Assembly: GCF_046119375.1 (NCBI RefSeq)
Contig: NW_027362764.1
Span: 124,372,001-124,436,000, forward strand
Reading direction: 5' to 3'
DNA from: Phyllobates terribilis
Taxonomy: Eukaryota
DNA: 64,000 bases
Below are positions 48,301-59,624 of this stretch, one piece after another. The translations under genes and the position numbers were made by a program. Position 1 is the first letter of the stretch. The number at the start of each line of letters is the position of its first letter. The notes beneath the pieces were generated by a model. It did not search any database and was not told the DNA's origin. It was given only the letters and a program-made list of their open reading frames with translations.

Positions 48301-51300
48301 CACAGGAGACTCAGTCTTTTTCTCTGTCATCACACCCTGCGCAGGTGCAACCTCTGGCCACAAGGTGGCAGCACCATCCTGCGTAATCATTTCTGTCACA
48401 GGCTCTATTTCAATTATCACAGAACAGCCAGAGCCTGCCAGCTCACTACATAGGCATGGTGTCTTTTACGCATTTACATTCCTTTTCTCATTAAAGAGGC
48501 AATCTCAAGTTTAAAAGTTATCCCCTATGCACGGGATAGGGGATAACTTTCTGATCACTGGGGGTCCGACCACCATGGACCACACTGATTTTGAGGATTA
48601 GAGTGGAAGTCAATCATGCGCACTGCCATTCCATTCTTTCATAATGGAAGTGCTGAAGATTGCTGAGCACCGCGATATTCAACTCTCTTATTAAAATGAA
48701 TGGAGAGGCAGTGGGCATGATCGACCTCCATTTCATTCAGCAGAAGCTCTTCAAAGCCCCGGTTCGCAGGATCGATGGGGGTCACGGCGGTTGGACCACC
48801 AGTGATTGGAAAGTTGTCCCCTATCCTTTAGATACAGTAGGAGGTAAAATTCAAACTTGAGAACACCCTTAAAGTTTTTGGCTTGGTTGAAAAAGACCTT
48901 CCCCATTCTGTTTCATATATTAACCCCTTTACCCCCGAGGGTGGTTTGCACGTTAATGACCAGGCCAATTTTTACAATTCTGACCACTGTCAATTTATGA
49001 GGTAATAACTCGGGAATGCTTCAACGGATCCCACTCATTCTGATATTTTTTTTTTTGTGACATATTGTACTTCATGATAGTGGTAAAATTTCTTCGATAT
49101 GACTTGCGTTTATTTGTGAAAAAATTGGAAATTTGGTGAAAATTTTGAAAATTTCGCAATTTTCAAAAGTTGAATTTTCATGCCCTTAAATCCAAGAGAT
49201 ATGTCACACAAAATAGTTAATAAATAACAATTCCCACATGTCTACTTTACATCAGCACAATTTTGGAACCAAAATTTTTTTTTGTTAGGGAGCTATAAGG
49301 GTTAAAAGTTGACCAGCGACTTCTCATTTTTCCAACAAAATTTACAAAACCATTTTTTTAGGGACCACATCACATTTGAAGTGACTTTGAGGGGTCTTTA
49401 TCACAGAAAATACTCAAAAGTGACACCATTCTAAAAACTGCACCCCTCAAGGTGCTCAAAACCACATTCAAGAAGTTTATTAATGACGCCGTGGGGTACT
49501 CGGTGCCGGGCCGGTCGTTGCTAGGGGAGATGTCACAGTGGTGGTGACCCGGTCCGTGACCCAGTGTGGTCAATCAAAAGGGGAATTATTTACACGGGAT
49601 TTTATAGTTTTATATTTATATAGTTCGTGACGCCACCTGTGGTATGCAGCTATATGGAGCCGCCGCCGCTGCGGTGCAGGTCCTCTGGAGCTGTTGCTAG
49701 TGCAGCAGAGTTGGTTTAGCTCTCCACAGGTAGAGCTTAGCTCCAGGGTGGTGCTGAGATGTTATGGATGTTGCGGTGTAGTGCAGGGGGTGATGGCGCA
49801 GATAATAATCACAGAGACAGTGGGGTGCAGTCTTCCGAGTTTACTCACAGTTGTTAAGTTCCTCAGGTTGCACTGTCCAGCTTACAGCCTCCCACGTTGC
49901 GCTGCGTTCATCAGTCAGGGGTTCAGCAATCCCTCAGGTAGTTCAAGAGTGCCTGACAGGACCCCTTTCTATGTGCCTTCCTCAGTTGTTTTCCTGCGCT
50001 GGCTCTCGCCCTCCTGCCCTGCGCCTCACAATCAGTGTCCCAAGTCGATAGCCTCGGGTCTTGTCGGGCGACCTGCAGTCCCCTGGACGCTCTGTGGCCA
50101 CCTTTTCGGCGATGTAATTGTGGCTGTGGCAACTGCACCCTAAAAGTACTGAAGCCTCCGGTTTCAAGCTGAGCCTTGTAGTTCTCCACTAGTTTAGGGG
50201 CCGGTTCCCTCTGCGGCTTGATCCTTCCACACCTGGTAGATTCGGGCGTATGGGTGGCCTCCAGCACTGCCCGTACCTCTAGGATCCCCTCGTTCCTCCT
50301 GGAGCCTTCCTTCCTGCTCCACTCTCCTTCTCAGTCCTGGGCCTCTCTGCTAGGCCCACTCTGGAGCAGAGCTCGTGCAGAGCCCCTGCTCCCTCCACTC
50401 CTCCTCTGACTGGCTCTCTGACTGGACTCACTTTCCAAGATGGTTCCCTATTTTATATCACTTCCTTTCCTGTGCTCTCCTGAACTACGTCCTCCACCCA
50501 CACCCACTACATGGTTCCACCCTCCAGCTAGGGACCAGGGACTGTGCTCTTCCTTAGGAGCAATCTCACCCTGCCCCCACTGAAGTGGAATGTGCTGGAT
50601 GCAGGTGTTAGGGTCCCAGGCAGCACTCTATCCTTACCTGAGAGTGAGATACCACACCTCTGGGTGAGATGCAGTACCTCTGTGGCGACTGAACCCTCAG
50701 GGGCACCACATACCCCCTTAGTAAAACACAGCACGTCCGCGGGCTGGAACAGAGTGAAACACAAAATATTTTAAAGACATACAATTTTTAGATGCATCAC
50801 ATATAAGATCATAAACATAACATTTCTTCCCTTTATGGGAGGCACATCACTTGAATGTTACAGGTTTCCTAAGCAGCTTACAACACATTGTAAAACATTC
50901 TTCAAGTAGATAAAACATTTCTCTTATCAAACATTTTTAGTAGGCTACAGCGCAATCTGTAACCGGCTGTCCATTCTTTTCAACAAGGAGCAATCTAGCA
51001 AACATGAGCATGAGGGACCCGTCCGAAAACCCTCAACGTAGGCCCTGGGCGTGGCTGCAGGGCATAGGTGATCCAGGTGTTGGACCACGTCTTCAGCCAC
51101 GCCAAACGGGTTTTTGTTCTGAGGTCATTCGTTGTTACATAAAACCAATAAGGGGCACTTTAAGAAGTGCAATTATATTCAAGTAAACGTTTTTCGTTTA
51201 TTCACCGTCCATAACCTTAGTGTCTCTATACCCTTACCAGGCAACGGGATAAACAAAACATTAATTCTTCTGTACCCTTCCGGGTAACTATATACTGTCT

Positions 51301-51316
51301 CTGTGATGGAAACAAT

Positions 51317-52787
51317 TTAACAATGGGGCTCCCTCCGGGGAGGAAACTCCTGATTTTTACAGGCTGACCCAGCCGGGTCTTCAGCCTTCTGCTGCGGGGG
51401 CACATCTCTCTTCTTTGCCACCCGGTATACCTGGAGGGCATACCACCCGCGCTCGCCTTTGTGGCGTCTAAATGTGACATGGTCGCCTGGGTATAGGTCC
51501 CGGCCGGGATGCCCCTGTTGGAGGTGGAGTTCTACATCCCGCTGATTGACGAACACGTCCCTATCAGTATTGGGCTCCCTTACAAAGCCCCACCCAGCGT
51601 CCAAGTCAAATTTGACCACTATCCCCTCCAGACGGGGACTGGGCGTGGTGACTTTTGCCTGGCGGGCCCGGGCCTTGGCTGCCATGTTTCGGGCCTCCAT
51701 GTGCTCCCACCGCACCTACCGGTTATATCGCTCCTTTTCCAACTGCAGGAGCTCCCTCCTGCAGTGCTCTTCCCTCTGGTGGGCCTGGGCCTGCGTTTCC
51801 CACGGGAACCCCATGAGGTCCCCTTCCCGGTCGTCCCACCGGAACTCCTCTCCTCCTGGGCAGGTAACCGGGGGGTGCAGGTGTGTGCGTCAGAGGGAGT
51901 CCCTGCTGGTCTTCATTCCTGGCGGACCAGTCATAAGTGGGGCCTCCATATGCCCACTCAGGTGCAGGAGCAGGTGGCTCTGGTAGGGGGCCCAGGAGCA
52001 GGTCAGCTGAGCAGGCGCCCGGGTTTGGAGATTCCGCCTGAGAATCAAGGAGCTGGTCGGCGTAGCAGGCGCCCGGTGTAGGAGACTCTGGGCTTTGGAG
52101 CAAGTTTGGAGCGTGCGCACCCGGGTACGGAGGCTCCGCCAGGGGGCCCAGTAGCAGATCAGCGCGGTCTGCGCCCGGGACAGGGAAACTCTTCCTACCT
52201 GCTCCCGCGGCCGCTCCTATGCTGCTCTCTGCCTCCTGGTCCTGGTTAGGCTCCGCCGGGGCGCTGCCAGTGGACTCCGGTACTTGCTGCCATCTGATTC
52301 TCATTTTTTCCAACACCTCTCTCTTCCAGCCGGCGATGGCTGTTTGCTGGTCCTCTCCCACCTGCCGACTTAGCTCACACATTTCGGCATGGAGGAACTC
52401 CGCATCCTCCAGGGACAGCTTGCAGATCACCTCTCCCAGGGTAAGAGGTGTTTCGACTTGCTGCAGGCCGCAGGCTGGAGTTCCAGACTCGCCTCCTTCC
52501 ATCTTGCCTGCTGGTGTGGTCTGTCTGGTCTGCTTAAGCCCACACCCTGTCTCCCAGTTTTTTTCTTTCATCTCCCCTTTCTGGGGCGGTCCCATGGCTG
52601 CTTGCTGTCGGCCACACCTGGGGGCAGCTCCCCCACCTTGATGGACACATCCACGTTCATGGTCACTGCTGCTTGGGGCGTGCTCTGTTTTTGGCACCAT
52701 TCTGGGACCCGGCCCACAATGGGAGGTTCTATGTTGTCCTTGATAACGCACATAATGGCTCCCGTTCTTCTGGGGCGGGCACCACAT
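51317..52787 (-). pseudogene. Degenerate ~489-aa ORF: low-complexity/repeat N-terminus, charged helical segment, C-terminal cold-shock domain
   Basis: The 354-aa ORF joins the CSD frame if one base is removed at the G6 run (51870-51875) and the TAG at 51716-51718 is read through. Confidence 0.7.
51419..51634 (-). CDS. Cold-shock (OB-fold) domain, Y-box/Lin28-like
   Basis: RLEGIVVKFDLDAGWGFV (RNP1) ... DRDVFVNQRDV (RNP2) ... LYPGDHVTF ... GERGWYALQV aligns by eye with CspA and YBX1 CSD. Confidence 0.88.
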
Positions 52788-52844
52788 TTAGTATAGAACA
52801 CAGTCTCTAGGCGCACGGTACCCGGTGATAACGGGTGGGTTCAT

Positions 52845-52862
52845 ATCCTGTTCGTGACGCCA
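52845..52862 (-). promoter_or_regulatory. Primer binding site complementary to the tRNA-Ser(CGA) 3' end
   Basis: TGGCGTCACGAACAGGAT, 4 nt inside the 5' LTR; 18/18 complement to ...ATCCTGTTCGTGACG-CCA as recalled for a vertebrate tRNA-Ser-CGA. Confidence 0.85.
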
Positions 52863-54633
52863 AAGATGACGCGCCCCCTGGGCCGTGGGGTACTCGGTGC
52901 CGGGCTGGTCATTGCTAGGGGAGATGTCACATTGGCGGTGACCCGGTCCGTGACCCAGGGTGGTCAATCAAAAGGGGAATTATTTACAGGGGATTTTATA
53001 GTTTTATATATATATAGTTCGTGATGCCACCTGTGGTATGTGGCTATATGGAGCCGCCACTGCGGTGCAGGTCCTCTGGAGCTGTTGTTAGTGCAGCACA
53101 GTTGGTTTAGCTCTCCACAGGTAGAGCTTAGCTCCAGGGCGGTGCTGAGATGTTATGGATGTTGCGGTGTAGTGCAGGGGGTGATGGCAAAGTTCCTCAG
53201 GTTGCACTGTCCAGCTTACAGCCTCCCACGTCACGCTGCGTTCACCAGGCAGGGGTTCAGCAATCCCTCAGGTAGTTCAAGAGTGCCTGACAGGACCCCT
53301 TTCTATGTGCCTTCCTCAGTCGTCTTCCTGCGCTGGCTCTCGCCCTCCTGCCCTGCGCCTCACAATCAGTGTTCCAAGTCAGTAGCCTCGGGTCTTGTCG
53401 GGCGACCTGCAGTCCCCTGGACCCTCTGTGGCCACCTTTTCGGCGATGTAATTGTGGCTGTGGCAACTGCACCCTAAAAGTACAGAAGCCTCCGGTTTCA
53501 AGCTGAGCCTTGTAGTTCTCCACTAGTTTAGGGGCCGGTCCCCTCTCTGCGGCTTGATCCTTCCACGCCTGGTAGATTCGGGCGTACGGGTGGCCTCTCC
53601 TTCTCAGTCCTGGGCCTCTCTGCTAGGCCCACTCTGGAGCAGAGCTCGTGCAGAGCCCCTGCTCCCTCCACTCCTCTTCTGACTGGCTCTCTGACTGTAT
53701 TTTATATCACTTCCTTTCCTGTGCTCTCCTGAACTACGTCCTCCACCCACACCCACTACATGGTTCCACCCTCCAGCTAGGGACCAGGGACTGTGCTCTC
53801 CCTTAGGAGCAATCTCGCCCTGCCCCCACTGAAGTGGAATGTGCTGGATGCAGGTGTTAGGGTCCCGGGCAGCACTCTATCCTTACCTGAGAGTGAGATA
53901 CCACACCTCTGGGTGAGATGCAGTACCTCTGTGGCTACTGAACCCTCAGGGGCACCACATTAACCCTTCAAGTGCTTCACAAGATTTTTTGGAATGTGGA
54001 AAAAAAAATGAACATTTAACTTTTTCCACAAAAATGTTACTTTAGACCCCAATTTTTTTTATTTTCGCAAGGGTATCAGTAAAAAATGGGCCACAAAATT
54101 TGTTGTGCAATTCCTCCTGAGCACGCCGATACCTAATATGTGGGGGAAAACCACTGTTTGGGCACACGGCAGGGTTTGGAAGGGAAGCGCCATTTGACTT
54201 TTAGAATGTAAAATTTGCTTGAAAAATTAGCTGACACCATGTTGCGCTTGGGGAGCCCCTGATGTGCCTAAACAGTGGAAACCCCCAACAAGTGACACCG
54301 TTTTGGAAACTAGACCCCTGAGGGAACTTATGTAGATGTGTGGCGAGCACCTTGACCCCCCAGGATGCTCGAGTCCCCCCCGCATGTTTCATGGTCATAA
54401 GACACCCAAAAAAAACATGCAGGGATCGCTCGTGCATGGCAGGCAATCCCCGCAAGGTCTTTTGGCTGTATAACAGCTGCAAACATATGGGGCGGAGACT
54501 AGAGCATGTCACTCGAGCACCCGCGATAATTGGTGCATACCCGAGCACCGAATGCAAACTGAAGTAGTGAGCACTTGCACTCAACACTAGTCGCCATCAT
54601 CGTCATTTTTATTTCTTTAACTTTTGAAAAAAT

Positions 54634-54803
54634 CCCAACCCTAGCACAACCCCAACCCTAACTCTAGCCCAACCCCAATCCTAACCCTAGCCCAACCCTA
54701 ACCCTAGCACAACCCTAGCTCAACCCTAGCCCAACCCTAACCCTAGCCCAACTCTAACTCTAGCCCAAGCCTAACCCTAGCCCAACCCTAGCACTAACCC
54801 TAG
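54634..54803 (+). repeat. Degenerate telomere-like repeat (AACCCT/AGCCC mix)
   Basis: CCCTAACCCTAGCCCAACCCTAACCCTAG repeated. Confidence 0.85.
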
Positions 54804-56563
54804 AGTTTAATTTTTATGCCGTTCCTTGTGCGGTATAAGTGATTAGATGACTTTATTCTTCGGGTCGGTGCGATTACAGCGATACCAGATTCATATCTTT
54901 TTTTATGATTGACAGCTGTCACACATTAAAAGACGCTTTTTTTTTGCAAAGACTAGTTTTTGCATTGCCATATTTTGAGATCTATAATTTTTCCAGATTT
55001 CAGCTGACAGAGTCATGTGATGGCTTGTTTTTTGCGGGACAAGTTGTCGTTTTTATTGGTACCATTTTCGGGCATGTGACATTTTTTGATCGCTTTCTAC
55101 TCTCATTTTTGGGAGGCAGAATAAACAATTCCGGAATTGTTTTTTTTGTTTTTTTTTATGCTGTTCCGTGTGTGGCAAAATTAATAAAGCAGCGTTAGTC
55201 TTTGGGTCAGTACGATTACAGCGGTATGACATTTATATTTTTTATATGTTTTGGCGCTTTTACACAAAAACTATTTTATAGAAAAAATAATTTTTTTGTA
55301 TTGCTTCATTCAGAGACCTATAACTTTTTTATTTTTCAGCTGATGCAGATGTATGGCGGCTTGTTTTTTGCGGGACAAGATTATGTTTTCAGCGGTACCA
55401 TTTTTATTTGCATTCATCTTTTTGATCGCATTTTTTGTTTGGCGGCATGATGATAAAGCATTGTTTCTTTGCTTAATTTTAATTTTTTTTTACTGTGTTC
55501 ACTAAAGGGGTTAACTAGTGGGACAGTTTGATAGGTCAGGTTGTTACGGACATGACGATACAACATATGTGTACTTTTATTGTTTTTTTTGTTTTTTTTT
55601 CATTAATATTATTTATTTATAGGTACAGTATATTTTTATTTTTTGGATTATTTTTTTCATTTTTTTTTATATTTTTACAATTTTTTTCATTTTTTATTTC
55701 ACTTTCTGATACTTTTTGACTTTTAACACTTTGTCCCACTATGGGACTTTCACTTTTTGCATTCTGATCGGCTCTGATCGGTGCTATACAGCCTGTCAGC
55801 GCTGCACAGGGAGAAGTTACTTTGATCGCGCAGTGCGCATGATCAAAGTAACTTCTTGCTGTCCGGTGACCCGGATGTCATCATGACAACATCCGGGCCA
55901 CATGACAACTACCGGGACCTGGCTCAGACAGACGCCGGAGAGGAGGTAAGTATCGGCGCTTACCTCCCCTTGCTCCCATAATGCTGCGATCGACTTCGAT
56001 CGTAGCATTTTGGGGGCTAATGTGCAGGGAGCGGTGTGAGACCGCTCCTTGCACATAGTACCGGATGTCAGCTGTGACAATCAGCTGACATCCGGAGGCG
56101 ATTACCCTGCACCGTTTGTGTGCGGGCCCGATCGCAATATGCGTAATAGTATGTCTCTGGCCCGATAGGCCCAGGGCATAAGGACGTACTATTACCACAT
56201 ATGTCAGAAAGAGGTTAAATATGAAGTATAAAGATAGAATAATGTTATTAATGGTATATATTAATGGTTATAACATTGTGGACTGAGTATAATGTATCAT
56301 ATATATTTAAATAATTGAGACATCTGCTTCTAATTACTTTGTCAGCTGCATATTTATTAGATAGTGTTTTTCTGGCATTTTTTTTTAGCAGTATATGTGC
56401 ATTTCTTCATTCATATGACACTTGTTATTAATTGTTTTAGCACTTTTCATGTTTCTTTATGAATATCAGCCTGGAAAGGGAATGTGTATGCTTTCTGAAT
56501 TTCACTTTAAAGTTTGTGTAATTCGATTTTATCATGCCTCATGTTTTTCTCTATTCCCAACAG

Positions 56564-56658
56564 CTGTTAGCCAGTTGGCTGTTACAAGTGCCATCAAATT
56601 CTTCTGAAATAATTACAATAATTACTCGAAAAAGGAATCCAAAACATGTCTAGGACAT
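56564..56658 (+). other. Candidate host exon containing 5' UTR and start codon (ATG TCT AGG ACA T; MSRT...)
   Basis: Strong acceptor TTTTTCTCTATTCCCAACAG and donor CAT|GTAAGT; all frames are closed upstream of the ATG at 56646. Confidence 0.45.
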
Positions 56659-57374
56659 GTAAGTGCTTCTATAGGGAGTGTTTGCTGAAGGAAACAAATA
56701 ATTAAAAATCAAATATGATCATCAAAATGTCTGCACAGAAAAAAGTCATATTGATATTTGAAAATGGGAAAAAAATATGCATTTAATAATATATAACCGC
56801 TAGTAATGAAGACGATCTAGTAAATTAGCCTTCTATTGTCTCATGGGTAACCCATCCTTTAGAGACATAGTTAAAAGGATTTGGTCGCTCCAGACCCAAT
56901 TGAAGATGGCCCAAAACAGATGTGTACCTAGTAATTGGCCAGGACACACCTGTCTCCCACAAGCTTCAAAGAAAATAAGTCAGTAAAATAAAGGAAGGAC
57001 AGTTCACACCAATGAACTGTGTTCTAGAGTGAACTACTTATGCCTAATTATTCATTATGTATGAAAGATAAATGATGGAGCAAAAGTCTTTTCCATTTTA
57101 ACGTTTGGTTGTAATTCTTAAAGTGGTTCTCTGGGGAAAAAAAGTAAAGCAAGAAAATTTCATAATAAATATATTCCTAAATATCTTTCATTAGCAAACC
57201 ACACTTGCTTTGTCTATGGAGGTAATTGCTTTAATACATTAAAATGGCTGCTGTCTTCTTATACTGACAAAAACCTTTGATAAAAGGTTAATAGGATGGG
57301 TGCCTGTGAGCATGTGCAGGATCAAGCTCCAAACCTCATTTCATGTGTAGGAAGATGAGCTCTAGGTGAATATT

Positions 57375-58412
57375 CTAATACTGGAGATACCAGGAGTGTT
57401 GAGGTAAGAAGAGGCTGCTCAAACTGCTGTCCACCCTGTCTATCTGATCTATTAGTGAAGATACCAGGAGTACTAAGGTAAGAAGAGGCTGCTCACACTG
57501 ATGTCCACCCTGTCTTTCTAACCTAATACTGGAGATACCATCAGTACTAAGGTAAGAAGAGGCTGCTCACACTGCTGTCCACTCTGTCTATCTGATTTAA
57601 TACTGGAGATACCAGGAGTGCTGAGGTAAGAAGTGGCCATCCACACTGCTGTCCACCCTGTCTATCTGATCTAATACTGGAGATACCAGGGGTGCTGAGG
57701 TAAGAAGAGGCTGCTTACACTGATGTCCACACAGTGTATATGATCTAATACTGGAGATACCAGGAGTACTGAGTTAAGAGGAGGCTGTTCACACTGCTGT
57801 CCACCCTGTCGCTCTGCTCTAATACTAGAGATACCAGGAGTCATGCGGTAAGAAGAGGGCATCGATACTACTGTTTTCCCTCTCTTTCTAATCTAATACT
57901 GGAGATACTAGGGTTCTGAGGTAAGAAAAATACAGTCACATTACAGGATACTCTGTATATCTGATGTAATATTGGAGATACCAGAAATGCTAAGCTAACA
58001 AGAAGCAATTTATACTGCTGTCCATCCTGATTAAGTACTGGTGATACAAGGATGGCTGAAATATGAAGAGTTTACAGACACTGCTGTCCATCCTCTACAT
58101 CTGATCTAATACTGGAGATACCACGGCTGCTGAAGTAAGAAGAGGCTGCTCACACTGCTGTCTACCCTGTCTTTCAATGTTTAATACTGGAGATACCAGG
58201 AGTGCTAGGGTAAGAAGAGTCTGCTCACACTGGTCTACTGGAGATGCCAGGTGTGCTAAGGTTAGAAGTGGTCACTCACATTATTGAGGTCTACTCTCTA
58301 TATCTGATCTAATAATGGAGATACTGGGGTGCTGAAGTAAGAACAGGCTGCTCACACTTTTGTCCACCATGTCTTTTTGATCTAATACTGGAGATACCAG
58401 GTGTGCTTAAGT
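57375..58412 (+). repeat. Diverged 74-bp tandem array (~14 copies)
   Basis: CTAATACTGGAGATACCAGG recurs at 57671, 57745 and 57819. Confidence 0.92.
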
Positions 58413-58762
58413 AAAGGGAATTTCTCACCAGGTTTTTGCCATCTAATCTGAGAGCAGCATAATCTTGAGACAGAGATCTTAATTCCAGTGATGTATCACT
58501 TACTGGGTTACTTGCAGCAGTTTTGCTAACATTACTGTTTTATCAGAAGATTATCAGTAGAGGACTAGTAAATCTGCTGCCATATAGCCCAAACAAGGGC
58601 TAATAAATATGGCAGAGCTTATATATGGAATCTGTGTAGTAACACACAGAGCCCACATAATATTGAGTGGTGTTTGGCTTTATCATGCCTTTATTATTTG
58701 TCCTAGAAGAAATGCCTAAATATTGGACCAGTATGCTGTATGGGTGCTGTATAACTGCTTTA

Positions 58763-59624
58763 GGCTGAGTTCACACGATGCGTTTTTCATGCGTTTCCGC
58801 GGCGTTTTTGCAGTTGCGTAAACGCCGCGGAAACGCATGAAAAACGCATGGTAGAAGGGCAGCAATGTTCCCCAATGGAAATCCGCATGTGCTGTGCCCA
58901 TGATGCGGATTTTTCCGCAGCGTAAACGCTGCGGTCAAAAATCCGCAGCATGTCACTTAATTTTGCGGAAACGCTGCTCTTTTGCCGCCATTGACTTGCA
59001 TTAAACCGCATGGAATCCGCATCACTGTATATGTTGATGCGCTTTTCATGCGGTCTAATGTGCGGATGGTACCCGGGTGTGGATGAGAGGACTCTCATCC
59101 AGACCCAGGTACCATTAAAAAAAAAAGAATAAAATAAAAAATATATATATTCTCACCTTCTGACGGCCCGCGCTGCGTCCTGCCGGCTTCCCGCGCACTT
59201 CGCGGTTGAATGAAGGACCTTCGCTGACGTCAGAGTCATGTGACGGGTCACGTGACGCTGACGTCGGAAGGTCCTACAGTCTTCACTGCCGGCAGCCGGG
59301 ACCGATGAAGCAGGACACTGGGGGCCATCAGATGGTAACGTATAGATTTATTTTTTATCTTTTGACATCACACACTATATAAATCCATGCCGGTTGCACG
59401 GATTTATATAGTGTGAAGTTGACAAGCACTTTCCAAGTGATGCTAAAATCGCTTGGGAAGCGCTTGTCAACCCACATGTGGAAATGAAAGTGAAGACCGC
59501 TTTATTTCCGCATGTCCCTGGCAGGAAACCGCATGTACAATCCGCATGCGTTTTTTCCTGCCAGAGAGATGCAGAAACGCTCAGGAAAAAATCCTGAGCA
59601 TTTCTGCATCGTGTGCACATACCC
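58763..59624. mobile_element. Harbinger-like MITE
   Basis: Termini GGCTGAGTTCACACGATGC and GCATCGTGTGCACATACCC with TTA/TAA flanks. Confidence 0.65.

Larger units (their letters stand above)
49484..53959 (-). mobile_element. Non-autonomous LTR retrotransposon (4.5 kb) carrying a cold-shock-domain ORF
   Basis: LTRs 52867-53959 (5') and 49484-50710 (3'), TG...CA, highly similar apart from a few indels; 4-bp TSD TTAA; PBS; PPT-like AAGGGGG; the 2156-bp interior lacks recognisable gag, PR, RT or IN motifs. Confidence 0.95.
48924..56214. mobile_element. Large TTAA-flanked non-autonomous DNA element (piggyBac/Kolobok-like), possibly composite, hosting the LTR element and a hAT MITE fragment
   Basis: Begins TTAA|CCCCTTT and ends AAAGAGG|TTAA; sequence is continuous across the LTR insertion (AAGTTTATTAA|CCCTTCAAG); no transposase seen. 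Confidence 0.55.

Noticed and set aside
49694-50409. ORFs within the LTRs (also 53040-53523, 826-1434, 12563-13367, 45898-46732)
   Set aside because: They lie in GC-rich LTR sequence, are not conserved in frame between LTR copies, and have no domain signatures.
51509-52796. Plus-strand ORFs overlapping the CSD element interior (190, 146, 140 and 135 aa)
   Set aside because: These are antisense shadows of a GC-rich coding region with no recognisable motifs.
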